Below, in pieces: positions 1-9,497 of a stretch of DNA of 64,000 nt (the first letter of the stretch is position 1; each line of letters opens with the position of its first letter). Origin of the DNA: Myxococcales bacterium. GTDB lineage: Bacteria > Myxococcota_C > UBA6777. Below the pieces are notes generated by a model. That model was not told where the DNA came from. It saw only the letters and a list, made by a program, of their open reading frames with translations, and searched no databases. The position numbers were made by a program, and so were the translations under genes. The stretch covers positions 82,852 to 146,851 of the forward strand of contig JACKEL010000012.1 of assembly GCA_020632975.1 (NCBI GenBank), given 5' to 3'.

Positions 1-270
1 CGCAAACAACATACCCCTACCCAAGTCGTTGATGCGGAGATCTCACGCGAAAAGACCTCACGCGAAAACAAACCGATCCACAGGTTCACGCTTCGTTATG
101 GCGGATACTGGAAACGTATCGATGTTGAGCAAGCATGGCCTCATCAGATCTTGGGATGGGAAGCCTCTGATGGAGAACGCGCCAAACGTCAAGGCATCAA
201 GCGCTTGCCGTATTGGTCGCTCCACAACCGAGGAGACGGGCGCTACCGCAAAGAAATCGGCCTCAAGTAG
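1..270 (+). CDS. 3' end of an unidentified gene entering from the left edge (partial, no start in window)
   Basis: Frame 1 is open from nt 1 to TAG at 268-270. Translation is ...LRYGGYWKRIDVEQAWPHQILGWEASDGERAKRQGIKRLPYWSLHNRGDGRYRKEIGLK*. Composition and codon choice match neighbouring genes. It is missing from the ORF track, presumably because there is no start codon in the window. Confidence 0.4.
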   Translation, partial: RKQHTPTQVVDAEISREKTSRENKPIHRFTLRYGGYWKRIDVEQAWPHQILGWEASDGERAKRQGIKRLPYWSLHNRGDGRYRKEIGLK

Positions 271-285
271 CCCCTATCATCTCAA

Positions 286-419
286 GGGCGACCCTCCGTG
301 GCCGCCCGCTCTCCCCAAGCGTAGGCCAATCGCGCTCTCAAGGGCGACCACAGAAGGTCGCCCACTCTATCTGGGCAGATCGGATATCCTCTATCTGGGG
401 CGACCACGGAGGGTCGCTC
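286..419. repeat. Cluster of 3 REP-like palindromic elements (GGGCGACC-loop-GGTCGCCC type)
   Basis: Copies lie at 286-307 (gggcgaccctccgtggccgccc, flipped loop), 342-363 (gggcgaccacagaaggtcgccc) and 397-419 (ggggcgaccacggagggtcgctc). They share ctca-agggcg and ctctatctgggg flanks. The cluster sits between two convergent gene ends. Confidence 0.8.
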
Positions 420-439
420 GCTCTATCCCTAGGCCAAGA

Positions 440-3400
440 TCAACGAATCGGGCGGAACAATCGGAGTTTGGGTCGTTTTCCGAAGGGCAAAAGCATCGCA
501 GCGCCTCGGCAAAGATAAGCAGCACAAGTTTGTCGTCCACGGCGGCGCAGTTGAAGGAACCTGAAACCTTTGGGACAACGGCTACGTGCTTTGGTATGTG
601 GGCAGATTTGGGGGACGCACTGCCAACGGAGGCAGTTTCGATTCCCCATGCGCCAAGGGACAACGATGGAGACTTGGTCACGACCGCAACGTCCGCGTGT
701 ATTGGGTCTGGGGCAACCTGCGCTAAGGCGAATGACGGTTTCTTCTGAGCGCATACAGCGGTACATGGGACACGCAGCGCCACGGATGATCCCTGCGGTC
801 AATCGGGAAGATTGGCCACGGCTGCAACGACCTTTTTTGGGGCGTGGGCAACGAGGATCGAAGGTTCCTCTTGGTACAAGGGCGGGACCACGAGGAGGTG
901 GGCAGGACCAGCTGAAACAAGTCTTGCCGAGTCGTTTGTAAGGCTTTTTGATGGGCGCGCCTGTTGTGCAGCGTGGTGGAGTGGTGGGCGGACAAACGTC
1001 TGTGGGGGCCTTGGCACGTTGACAACGGTAGATGGGGCAAGGCTTTCCAGGTCTGGGGAGTGCTGTGAGCTTTTGTCCTCTGGGACAGCGAAGCTTGGGA
1101 GGCGCAGGGCAACGTCTGGAGGAACCTTTGACGCAAACGGTTCTCATGCAGCGCAGTGACCCGATGTTGTAAGCTTGGTTGGAAGGTCGAGAGCCGCGAG
1201 GACAACGCACGGATGGGCTAGGTGGGCAAGTTGCTGCGGGGGCGGGGGTACAGTGGGCTCTTTTGCAGGTGGTTCCTTTGTAAGAGAAAGTCTGATAATC
1301 GATCTGTTGTCCGCTTGGGCATTGGAGTGCTTGGATCGGGGGGCAACTTGTTTTTCGGCAGCGAGGCCGTTGGCATCGCAAGCCTTTGTAAGCATAAGAA
1401 CGCATGACGATACCTTGCCCTTTGGGGCACTTCAGCAGAGGCACGGCGGGACATTCGATCTTGTCGCAAGAAAAACGCTTACACGTTTTTCCTTTGATGA
1501 GAAAAGTATGTTCAGAGAGTTCGGTACCCTGGGGGCATCGTGTTTTGGGAGCGGGAGGGCACTTGATGGGGACGCATCGACTACGAGAACAGCGCAGACC
1601 TTGGTAGTTGTAGAGTTCTGCGACTTCTTCTGTTTGTGCGGGGCATTCGAGCGGTGTGGTTTGTGGGCATCGAAGCTGTTCGCATCGAAAGCGTTTGCAG
1701 GTTTGTCCGCCAACTTTGTACGTTTCCAAGCGGGGTTTTTGTCCGCGGGGGCAGCGTGATGGGCGCACGGGTGGGCAGCTTTGGGCGAGGCAACGGAAGC
1801 GTTTGCAGGTCTTTCCGAGGAAGACAAATGGCTCAACAAGGAGTCGCTGGCCGCGTTTGCAGCGAGGTTTTGTGGTTCGTGGGCATTGAGGTTTCACACA
1901 ACGAAAGCGTTGGCAACGCATACCAAAGTAGGTGTAGGTTTCGGGCTTTGGCATCTGGTTGGGTCGGCACTTGGGCGGCGCTGCGGGGCAAGCTTTGATG
2001 CGTTGGCAACGTGTCCTGCGGCATCGCTTTCCTTGGAAGACATAGTGCTCGACTTGGGGTTGGGTCCCTGGGCGACAGCGTTTTGGCTTCTCAGTGGGGC
2101 AACGAACAGGGACACAGGCGGTTTTTTCGCAACGCATGGAGCCCATGCGATAGGGGGTGCGTTGGAGGCTGAAACCTTCATCGCAGTAAGATGGCCCGAT
2201 CTGCGGACAAACATTGCGTTGGCACACCCAACGTTTGCAGGTGACACCTTGGTAATCGTATTCTTCTTGGCTGGACTGCAAACCTCGGCGGCATCGTGTT
2301 TTTCGAGAGGGTGGGCAAGCAACGCGTTTGCAGGTTGTGCGGTAACAAGTCATGCCTTGGTGACGATAAGGTGCTTTTTGGGCGCGTGTTCCAGGGGGGC
2401 AGTTGGGTTCACGTTCTTTTGGGCAGAGGGCTTGTTCGCAGGTCTCGCGTTCGCAAAGATGACCTTGGTAGCGGTACTGTTCCAAGATGACGCGTGCGCC
2501 AGGGGGACACTGCATGGGTGGGGCTTGTGGGCAGCTAGGTTCACTGCAACGCTTGACTGTGTAGCGCAAGCCTCTCCAACGGCGTTCTTTGATGACGAGT
2601 TGGCGTCCTGGCGGACAATGGATCGTGACGCAACGCAGGCGAACACAGATCTGGCCACGGAACCACTCGCGTTGTTTTTTGAGGGTTTCTTCTTCTCCAT
2701 CGCACGCTGGGATGGGCCACATGGGGCATTGAACGGGGACGCATCTTGTGCGTTGACAGAGTCTTCCAAAGTGCTGGTAGGTCTCTGTTTTTGGCTCAAA
2801 TCCGTACTCGCAGCGTCCTACAGGATCGGATGGGCAGGGCATCTCTGTGCATGTTGTTGTGGTGCAAAGGCTCGTGCCAAGGCGGTAGGTCTTTGTGTTG
2901 GGCTGGCTACCCGGCGGGCAAGATGCGGGACCTGGATCGGCTGGACAGGTCTTTTCAACGCAGATCCTTTTGGTGCATGTGCGGCCTTTGTAGAGGTAAC
3001 GCACTGTTTTGACGTCTTCGTCTTCGTCGCATTGGGCCGCGGCTTGTAGCGGGCAAGATGGCATGTCACAGATGTATCGTGCGCACTGTTGTCCATTGTG
3101 GTTGTATTCTTGGAGTTTGGTATGCGCTCCTGCGGGGCAGTTCGGCATACGAAGGGCGGGGCATTTTTGTCGGACACACCGCAAGCGGATACAACGCAGA
3201 CCTTGGAGATAGTAAGGTTCTTTTTTGACCTGATATCCAGGAGAACAGCCGATGGGATCAGGGGTGGGGCAACGCAAAGGCTTGCAGCGATAGCGACGGC
3301 AGGTTCGGCCGCTTCTGCGGTAACTTTCGAGCGCTGAGTAATACCCTTGTTTGCAGCGTTTTTCTCGTGGAGCGGGGCAGCGTGTGTTTACGCATCTGTA

Positions 3401-3814
3401 GCGTTTGCAACGCAGTTTGCCTTCGCGGTAGCTGAAAGCCCGTAGGACCTGGCCTCTTCGACAAGAAGGTTTGGGTTCCTCTGGACAGCGGGGGCGTTCG
3501 CAGACTGTGCGGTAACAAACTTGGTTGAGGTAAAGATATGACTGGATCGCAGGCTGTTCACCGCGGGAACATGTGGGCGGAGAGTCGACAGGACAAGGGT
3601 CGATCACGGCACCTTGTTGTCCGTTCCCCAACTGTCCGTTGTTTTGCGGGGGCTGTTGTGGAGGTGGGTTGGTATTGTTGGGTTGTTGTGGGGGAAGCGT
3701 TTGCGCGGGTTGCCTAGAGCTTGGGGGAGGAGGGGGTTGTTGGCCTGGTCCAAAGCAGCTCGACTTCTCTGCTGCGAAAAAGAAAAAGAAACACGACAAG
3801 AGTGTCCATCGCAT
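440..3814 (-). CDS. Secreted cysteine-rich tandem-repeat protein (1124 aa), family not recognised
   Basis: ATG at 3812-3814 follows GGAGG about 10 nt upstream. N-terminus MRWTLLSCFFFFFAAEKSSC is signal-peptide-like, followed by a P/Q-rich linker. About 28 units then follow, each about 36 aa with the pattern C-P-x6-7-C-x14-16-C-x4-C-x4. The protein is very Arg/Lys-rich. Confidence 0.85.
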   Translation of the reverse strand: MRWTLLSCFFFFFAAEKSSCFGPGQQPPPPPSSRQPAQTLPPQQPNNTNPPPQQPPQNNGQLGNGQQGAVIDPCPVDSPPTCSRGEQPAIQSYLYLNQVCYRTVCERPRCPEEPKPSCRRGQVLRAFSYREGKLRCKRYRCVNTRCPAPREKRCKQGYYSALESYRRSGRTCRRYRCKPLRCPTPDPIGCSPGYQVKKEPYYLQGLRCIRLRCVRQKCPALRMPNCPAGAHTKLQEYNHNGQQCARYICDMPSCPLQAAAQCDEDEDVKTVRYLYKGRTCTKRICVEKTCPADPGPASCPPGSQPNTKTYRLGTSLCTTTTCTEMPCPSDPVGRCEYGFEPKTETYQHFGRLCQRTRCVPVQCPMWPIPACDGEEETLKKQREWFRGQICVRLRCVTIHCPPGRQLVIKERRWRGLRYTVKRCSEPSCPQAPPMQCPPGARVILEQYRYQGHLCERETCEQALCPKEREPNCPPGTRAQKAPYRHQGMTCYRTTCKRVACPPSRKTRCRRGLQSSQEEYDYQGVTCKRWVCQRNVCPQIGPSYCDEGFSLQRTPYRMGSMRCEKTACVPVRCPTEKPKRCRPGTQPQVEHYVFQGKRCRRTRCQRIKACPAAPPKCRPNQMPKPETYTYFGMRCQRFRCVKPQCPRTTKPRCKRGQRLLVEPFVFLGKTCKRFRCLAQSCPPVRPSRCPRGQKPRLETYKVGGQTCKRFRCEQLRCPQTTPLECPAQTEEVAELYNYQGLRCSRSRCVPIKCPPAPKTRCPQGTELSEHTFLIKGKTCKRFSCDKIECPAVPLLKCPKGQGIVMRSYAYKGLRCQRPRCRKTSCPPIQALQCPSGQQIDYQTFSYKGTTCKRAHCTPAPAATCPPSPSVRCPRGSRPSNQAYNIGSLRCMRTVCVKGSSRRCPAPPKLRCPRGQKLTALPRPGKPCPIYRCQRAKAPTDVCPPTTPPRCTTGAPIKKPYKRLGKTCFSWSCPPPRGPALVPRGTFDPRCPRPKKGRCSRGQSSRLTAGIIRGAACPMYRCMRSEETVIRLSAGCPRPNTRGRCGRDQVSIVVPWRMGNRNCLRWQCVPQICPHTKARSRCPKGFRFLQLRRRGRQTCAAYLCRGAAMLLPFGKRPKLRLFRPIR

Positions 3815-3987
3815 TGTGAGGGGACCTCCTTCAAAGGTGGATAGGTAGATCGAGCCGCAAGAGCGTTGAGTCGATCAACGAACGATAGTTTGAGGTAGCA
3901 TCATGTAGAGATGGGGTTGCGGAGCAGGCTAAGGTTTGGACGTTGATAGAAGGCGTGTCTTCAATACGTCGCAATGATTCTTTAGCG

Positions 3988-5196
3988 CTACTTGCGCAAA
4001 CGCCGTTTGGATGGTCGTTTGCGTCGTCTACGTTTTTTTCTCTTTTTGTATCTCACACGTCTCTTTTTGAGCCTCTTGCGCTTTTTCTTTTGAGAAGGCG
4101 GCACCAACAAAGCGCGGGGCACGACATAACGCGTCCTTGCAGGTGGTTGCAAAGAGCGGACTTGAGGCTCTTTGGGAGGCGTGGGGGGCTGTGTTGCAGT
4201 GGTTGGATGCGGGGGGACGGGCCAGAAAAGCAACCCCACCAAAGCCAACAACATGAAAAAAGCACCCCAACCAAACACGCGTTTGGGCTTTGCATAATCG
4301 ATCAAGATCAGGCTGATATTGTCTTTCCCGCCGCGATCGTTGGCGGTTTCGATCAAACGTTCTGCTGCGAGGGTCGGGTCCCACTGTCGGGCAAGATGTT
4401 CTAGGATCTCTTGATCTTCCATCATCCCCGTGAGGCCGTCAGAACACAACAACAGGCGGTCACCTTCTTGGAGGTGGAGCGGCAAAGGTTGGCACTCGAC
4501 TTCGACTTCTGCTAGGCGGCCAAGGACGCGGGTGATGATATTGGATTTGACCTTTTCTGTGGACTTTCCTTGTTCTTTCATCCGCTCGATCGCTGAGTGA
4601 TCGCGCGTGATTTGCAACAAAGTCCCTTCCCGCAACAGATACAGACGGCTGTCACCCACGTGAGCGATGTAGGCTTGTTCTTCATGGACCAAAAGCGCCA
4701 CGATGGTAGAGCCCATCTGACGGAGTTTTTCGTTTTTTTGCGCCTCAAGATGGATCGCGCGATTGGCGCTTTGGATGGCTTCGCGCAAGGCTTGGAAGGG
4801 CTGCCAACGCGCCTTGGCGGGTGGATGCTCAAAGTAATACCGCACAGCATCGACAGCGAGTTGACTTGCGATATCGCCCCCTTGGTAACCGCCCATCCCA
4901 TCGCAGATCACCCCGAGGAAACCATCTTGAAGCGGCAAAAAGAGAAAGGCATCTTGGTTGCTTTTGCGTCGGATACCGATGTCCGTGCGCGCTGCGATGC
5001 GATAGAACGGAGGAATAACGTGGTGGATATGTTGATAAAAGCGTGTGGGGTCGAAAGAGGTCGCATCTTTGGCGTGGGGAGGATGGGCGACGGACATTGC
5101 TGCGTTAGACTCCACGGGGCACCAATCCATTTCGGGATATTCTTGGTTTGACTGAAGAAGCCACTCTACACGTTCTTTCTGCGCTTGGCTAGCCAC
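3988..5196 (-). CDS. PP2C-family Ser/Thr protein phosphatase with C-terminal TM segment and polybasic tail
   Basis: PP2C motifs: RKSNQDAF, GVICDGMGGYQGGDIAS, AHVGDSRLY, LLLCSDGLTGMM, NDRGGKDNISLILID. These are followed by the hydrophobic stretch GWGAFFMLLALVGLLFW and a K/R-rich tail. The annotated start is GTG; the true start may be an internal ATG (MDWCP or MSVAH). Confidence 0.9.
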   Translation of the reverse strand: MASQAQKERVEWLLQSNQEYPEMDWCPVESNAAMSVAHPPHAKDATSFDPTRFYQHIHHVIPPFYRIAARTDIGIRRKSNQDAFLFLPLQDGFLGVICDGMGGYQGGDIASQLAVDAVRYYFEHPPAKARWQPFQALREAIQSANRAIHLEAQKNEKLRQMGSTIVALLVHEEQAYIAHVGDSRLYLLREGTLLQITRDHSAIERMKEQGKSTEKVKSNIITRVLGRLAEVEVECQPLPLHLQEGDRLLLCSDGLTGMMEDQEILEHLARQWDPTLAAERLIETANDRGGKDNISLILIDYAKPKRVFGWGAFFMLLALVGLLFWPVPPHPTTATQPPTPPKEPQVRSLQPPARTRYVVPRALLVPPSQKKKRKRLKKRRVRYKKRKKRRRRKRPSKRRLRK

Positions 5197-5297
5197 GAGC
5201 GCGGACAGGCGTTGACAGCACGGGGCTTCCTGAATACAACTGAGGGGCTTTGTCCCGCTATTTTTCGATTCCCACGATATAAAGGAGGATCTCGCTC

Positions 5298-6386
5298 ATG
5301 ATGAAGCGAACCCACCAAGCTGTGGTTTTCTTTGGTTTTCTTGCTCTCTCTTTTGCATCTATGGGCTGCAACACAGAGTTGAAGCGCGCTCGTGAGTCTG
5401 TGAAAAAGAAAGACTTTCAACAAGCCGCTGATCTCTATGAAAACGTTTTGAAAAATGATCCTGAAAACGAAGAAGCTCTTCGTGAAGTGTCCCAGCTTTA
5501 CTGCGAGACCATGAAGAACAACTTCAAATGTACGACCAAGATCGAGGACTTGTACAAGAAGTTCCCCGCAGATCCCAAGATCAAAGCGTGGTTCAAAGAG
5601 GCCAAGTTCGGTCGCGCCAAGAGCTTGTACATGCAGATGCAGTTGAAAGCTGCTGCCAGCGAGCTAAAAGACTATGTCAAGCTCGTAAAAGACGATGGCA
5701 CCGCTTATTTCATGTACGGAAACATCAAGTTCCGCTTGAACAAAAATCCTCCTTTTAACAGCACCCAAATGGATGAGCTGAAAAAAGCGATGGATTTCTT
5801 TGCATTGGCCGTCAAAAACTCCAAGCCTACCGACTCGATGGCAATGTTTGATGAAAAAGTGGAAAGCTTGGTCCAGTGGGAGTCTTATGTCCAAACTGGG
5901 ATCATCTGCGAAGCATTCATCACAGAAGACTTCAAAAAGTTCATGAAAGAGCAAGAAGGCAAAAAGCCCGCTGCTGCTCCCGCACCCCGCCGCAGAAAAC
6001 GTCGTCGTCGCAAAAAAGCGGCGGCTCCCGTGGCTGAAGGCCCCAAGTTCAAGCCCAACAAAGAGTACTTTGACAAGGCTATCGCGGCCTTTACTGCGGC
6101 TTCCAAGATCACCCAGCCCAACAAGCACAAGGTCTGGTTGCCTTACTTCAAGATCGGTCAATTCCACGCACAGTTCTTGGGCGAACTCGAAAAAGGTGTG
6201 GAATGGATGAAAAAAGCGTACGATCTCAACCAGATCAACGCTTCCGTGGTCGGAAACTTGAAGATGATCTACGACCAACTTGCGGAAAAAGCTGAGAAAG
6301 CGGAAGAAAAAGACAAGAAAGCTGAGTATGAGAAACTGTCGCAAGAGTTTGCGTCGAAGATGGAATCTCTACAAGGCAAGCGTTAA
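5298..6386 (+). CDS. Lipoprotein, helical TPR-like repeat protein with internal polybasic insert
   Basis: AAGGAGG lies 9 nt upstream of the ATG. The lipobox is LSFASMGC. The protein is helical and K/E/A-rich, with a [11 protein letters not shown] insert. Confidence 0.8.
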   Translation: MMKRTHQAVVFFGFLALSFASMGCNTELKRARESVKKKDFQQAADLYENVLKNDPENEEALREVSQLYCETMKNNFKCTTKIEDLYKKFPADPKIKAWFKEAKFGRAKSLYMQMQLKAAASELKDYVKLVKDDGTAYFMYGNIKFRLNKNPPFNSTQMDELKKAMDFFALAVKNSKPTDSMAMFDEKVESLVQWESYVQTGIICEAFITEDFKKFMKEQEGKKPAAAPAPRRRKRRRRKKAAAPVAEGPKFKPNKEYFDKAIAAFTAASKITQPNKHKVWLPYFKIGQFHAQFLGELEKGVEWMKKAYDLNQINASVVGNLKMIYDQLAEKAEKAEEKDKKAEYEKLSQEFASKMESLQGKR

Positions 6387-7429
6387 TCGTTCTTCCGAAC
6401 GAGCGGGGCGAGGGTAAAGGGGTAAGGCGGGGATGCCACTCCATTTTCTGTAATAATCGCAGTCACATAACGAGCTGGCGTTACATCAAAAGCCGCATGT
6501 CTTGCGCGGACGCCCGTGGGAGCGATCACGGTGTTACCCACACGCGTCACTTCTTCGGCTGAACGCTCTTCGATGGGGATACCCGAGCCATGTTCGAGGC
6601 TAAGGTCGATGCTCGAAGTGGGCGCCGCCACGTAAAAAGGAACGTCATTGGCATGTGCAGCAAGCGCGACCATGTAGGTCCCGATCTTGTTGGCCACATC
6701 GCCATTGGCGGCGGTACGGTCGGTCCCTACGATGCATAGATCGACTTCGCCTGCCTTGATAAAGTGCCCCGCCATATTGTCCGTAATTAACTCTACATCG
6801 ATCCCGTCTTGCATCAGTTCCCATGCAGTCAGTCGTGCACCTTGGAGATAGGGACGTGTCTCATCAGCAAGTACGCGGATCTTTTTGCCTTGTTCTTTGG
6901 CGATGCGCATCACAGCCGTAGCCGTACCGTAACCACCCGTGGCAAGGGCGCCTGCGTTGCAGTGGGTCAAGATCGTATCCCCGTCGCGGACGAACTGTGC
7001 GCCATATTCGCCGATGCGTCGGTTGATCTCGATGTCTTCTTGTAGGATGCGCTCTGCTTCTTGGACGAGACGTTCTTTGACGCCCGCGACATCGTGCTCT
7101 TCGAGCAGTCGTAGGGTGAGGCGTTTCATACGGTCAATCGCCCAAAAGAGATTCACTGCGGTGGGGCGCGTTTGGGCCATCACTGCGTTGATCTCTTCGA
7201 GACCTTTGAGAAAGCCCTCGCGTTCGTTGGGAAGCGTAAGAGCGCCTTGGGCGATGCCCATCGCAGCTGCGATCCCGATGGCTGGGGCTCCACGAATGAC
7301 CATCTTGCGGATCGCTTCGGCCACTTGGCGAAAGTCATCATATAGCTCGTAACGGATCTCTGCGGGCAAGAGGAGCTGGTTGAGCATCTTGACCTTGCCA
7401 TCTTGCCAAGCAATCGTTTCAAAAGACAT
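6383..7429 (-). CDS. mtnA: S-methyl-5-thioribose-1-phosphate isomerase
   Basis: [22 protein letters not shown]...[16 protein letters not shown]...[14 protein letters not shown]...[20 protein letters not shown]...[20 protein letters not shown] start at the internal ATG (7427-7429) because the 68 upstream codons in the ORF track look non-coding. Confidence 0.85.
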   Translation of the reverse strand: MSFETIAWQDGKVKMLNQLLLPAEIRYELYDDFRQVAEAIRKMVIRGAPAIGIAAAMGIAQGALTLPNEREGFLKGLEEINAVMAQTRPTAVNLFWAIDRMKRLTLRLLEEHDVAGVKERLVQEAERILQEDIEINRRIGEYGAQFVRDGDTILTHCNAGALATGGYGTATAVMRIAKEQGKKIRVLADETRPYLQGARLTAWELMQDGIDVELITDNMAGHFIKAGEVDLCIVGTDRTAANGDVANKIGTYMVALAAHANDVPFYVAAPTSSIDLSLEHGSGIPIEERSAEEVTRVGNTVIAPTGVRARHAAFDVTPARYVTAIITENGVASPPYPFTLAPLVRKND

Positions 7430-7726
7430 GGTGGACTCTTCCTTTTTCTTTTCTTCGGAGGGACGGTCATCTTTGGGCCTCGGAACCCAAAAGGTGACTG
7501 AGGATATACCGCAAAGTCGCGAGGCTGTAAAGCAAAACGCAACTTCATCACTGTAGGAGATGTGGCTTGGTAGAAGAACGGAACGGTCTATGCATAGAGC
7601 AAGCTTTCGCTGTCTTTTGAAGAAAAAAGACAAATCCTGACCGACAACGAATTTGCATTTGGTAAGGGGGAAACTTAAGATCTCGAAGACTTGGGCCTAT
7701 AAACAACGGCCCGATGGAGTGTTTGG

Positions 7727-8722
7727 ATGGATGGGAAGGAGCTTGTGTTCGAGGTGGATCGTTCATGGATTTTAGATGGCGCGCTTGGAAGTAGTGTCGC
7801 AGCCGTCTCTTTTATGTATGGTTTTGTTCACTTGCCTTGGATGCAGCGCGTGCTGGCTGCGTTCAGCCTAGGAACAGGTCTAACTTTGTTTGCGCATTAC
7901 TTTCTGCGCCGCTTGATGCGCCGTGCTGCGCCTAGCAAAGAGGAGATGGAACACGATCTGGCCGCTCTTGAAGTACAGATCGTCCAAGGACGCTTTTCGA
8001 CACCCGAAGAAGAGATGGGCTTGTTGGAACAAGCTGGTGCGTTGGCTTTGGCCCTAGAACACTGGCCAAAAGCGGCCGCGCACTACCAAAGACTTGTCGC
8101 TTCTATGGAAAACTGGTGTGCTCAACAACCTCCCGCTGTTCAAGAAGAATTTCGTTCCAAGCGTCTGCATTTTCAGTTGGCGATCTCTTTTGCGCTGACG
8201 CAGGGAGGCAAGACCGCCGAAGGGCTTGAAGCGCTGACTTTGCTTCGCGAAGAAAGTCGCGACAGCAAAGAACCCAGCCTGCGTTTGTTGGTGGAACTGT
8301 TTTATGTGCGAGCGTTGCTTGCAGAGTCCCCCGAAGATGCGGAGTCTTTGTTGGGAGATATCTTGGAAGACGCGAGGACTTGGGGAAAAGAGATCGAAGG
8401 TCTTCGTATGGTGGCGTCTGAATGGAATGAGCTTGGACAACCACAGCGTGCACTCGAACTGCTGCAAGAGGCCGAAAGTTTACTTGGCGAAGATGCCGAG
8501 TATGCCACGCGTACAGAACTTTATTGTGAGATGTTGCTCGCCTACAGCGAGGCGGGGAGCCTGAAAGAAGCTGCTCGACTTTATGTGCGCTTGACGCAGT
8601 CCTATTTGCACACTAACCTGCCTCACCCTGCTGTCCTTGAACAGCTCCACAAAACGCTCCAACAGCGCTTTGACCGCGCTGCGTTGAGCAATGCCCTACA
8701 AGACGCACAACGCTCACGCTGA
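7727..8722 (+). CDS. Hypothetical membrane-anchored helical-repeat protein
   Basis: There are two N-terminal hydrophobic segments (AAVSFMYGFVHL, AAFSLGTGLTLFAHYF). A long helical TPR-like region follows. No catalytic motif was recognised. Confidence 0.6.
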   Translation: MDGKELVFEVDRSWILDGALGSSVAAVSFMYGFVHLPWMQRVLAAFSLGTGLTLFAHYFLRRLMRRAAPSKEEMEHDLAALEVQIVQGRFSTPEEEMGLLEQAGALALALEHWPKAAAHYQRLVASMENWCAQQPPAVQEEFRSKRLHFQLAISFALTQGGKTAEGLEALTLLREESRDSKEPSLRLLVELFYVRALLAESPEDAESLLGDILEDARTWGKEIEGLRMVASEWNELGQPQRALELLQEAESLLGEDAEYATRTELYCEMLLAYSEAGSLKEAARLYVRLTQSYLHTNLPHPAVLEQLHKTLQQRFDRAALSNALQDAQRSR

Positions 8723-8732
8723 AAGTTTTCTC

Positions 8733-9452
8733 ATGCCCACCCTCTCGATGCACAAGCTCATCAAAGAATACCCACAAAAGCGTATCTTGCGCGGTGTAGA
8801 TGGTACCCTCGAAGCTGGAACCTATGTGATGCTCGGCCCCAATGGGGCTGGGAAGTCCACTTTGTTGGGGGTCTTGTCGACACAACTCACCCCCACAGAC
8901 GGTCACTTTGTGCTTGATGGTCTTGACTCTCGCCAACAGCTTGCGCAGATCCGCTCGAAAATCGGCATGGTTGGACATCGAAGCTTTCTCTACACCTCGA
9001 TGACACTCACCGAAAACCTCCGATTCTACGCAGAACTTTTCCAAATCGAACACGCAGAAGAAAAGATCCGCTCCTTGGGACAGCGTTTTTCGATGGAAGA
9101 GGCGATGGACCTCTCTGTCCGTGCTTTCTCGCGGGGGATGCTGCAACGGGCCGCTTTTATGCGGGCGCTTCTTTGTGATCCCCCCTGTCTCTTGTTGGAT
9201 GAGCCCTTTACTGGCCTCGATCCACGCGGCGTCGAGATCGTGATGGGACTGCTCTCCCAATGGCAATCAGAAGGGCGCTTGATCCTCCTGACCACACACG
9301 ATCTGCGGCTCGCTGCGCGATGCGCAACACATCTGCTCTTGTTGGTGCGTGGACGCCTTCAAGCTGCGCTCGAAGGGCCTTTCTCCCTCGAACAACTCGA
9401 AGAACTCTACCACCAAAGCTTTCCTGCGCTCTCTTCACCAAGTCTTGTTTGA
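8733..9452 (+). CDS. ABC transporter ATP-binding protein (CcmA-like), no adjacent permease
   Basis: Walker A is GPNGAGKST and Walker B is LLLDEPFTGLD. The signature motif is degenerate (FSRGMLQR). ATG at 8733 lies just after the upstream stop. Confidence 0.85.
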   Translation: MPTLSMHKLIKEYPQKRILRGVDGTLEAGTYVMLGPNGAGKSTLLGVLSTQLTPTDGHFVLDGLDSRQQLAQIRSKIGMVGHRSFLYTSMTLTENLRFYAELFQIEHAEEKIRSLGQRFSMEEAMDLSVRAFSRGMLQRAAFMRALLCDPPCLLLDEPFTGLDPRGVEIVMGLLSQWQSEGRLILLTTHDLRLAARCATHLLLLVRGRLQAALEGPFSLEQLEELYHQSFPALSSPSLV

Positions 9453-9497
9453 TCGTTGTCTTCGACCTGAACTCGACCCAACCAATGAGGCCAAACG

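Noticed and set aside
29-748. 239-aa plus-strand ORF at the left edge
   Set aside because: It runs through the REP cluster and antisense into the 3' end of the Cys-repeat gene, with an Arg/Ser/Pro-rich translation. The frame-1 reading (1-270) looks like the real gene end instead.
1781-3049. 422-aa plus-strand ORF, with many 60-160 aa ORFs on both strands between 400 and 3850
   Set aside because: They lie antisense to, or out of frame with, the 1124-aa Cys-repeat gene. Their translations are Gly/Ala/Arg-rich with no repeat logic, no SD sequence and no signal. They are shadows of a long GC-rich gene.
7430-7633. 68-codon N-terminal extension of mtnA in the ORF track
   Set aside because: MtnA homologues begin at MSFETI-like sequence, and the extension is hydrophobic or low-complexity. 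Similar extensions were trimmed for pth, the EamA transporter, HU, the ABC ATPase and both GNAT-region genes.
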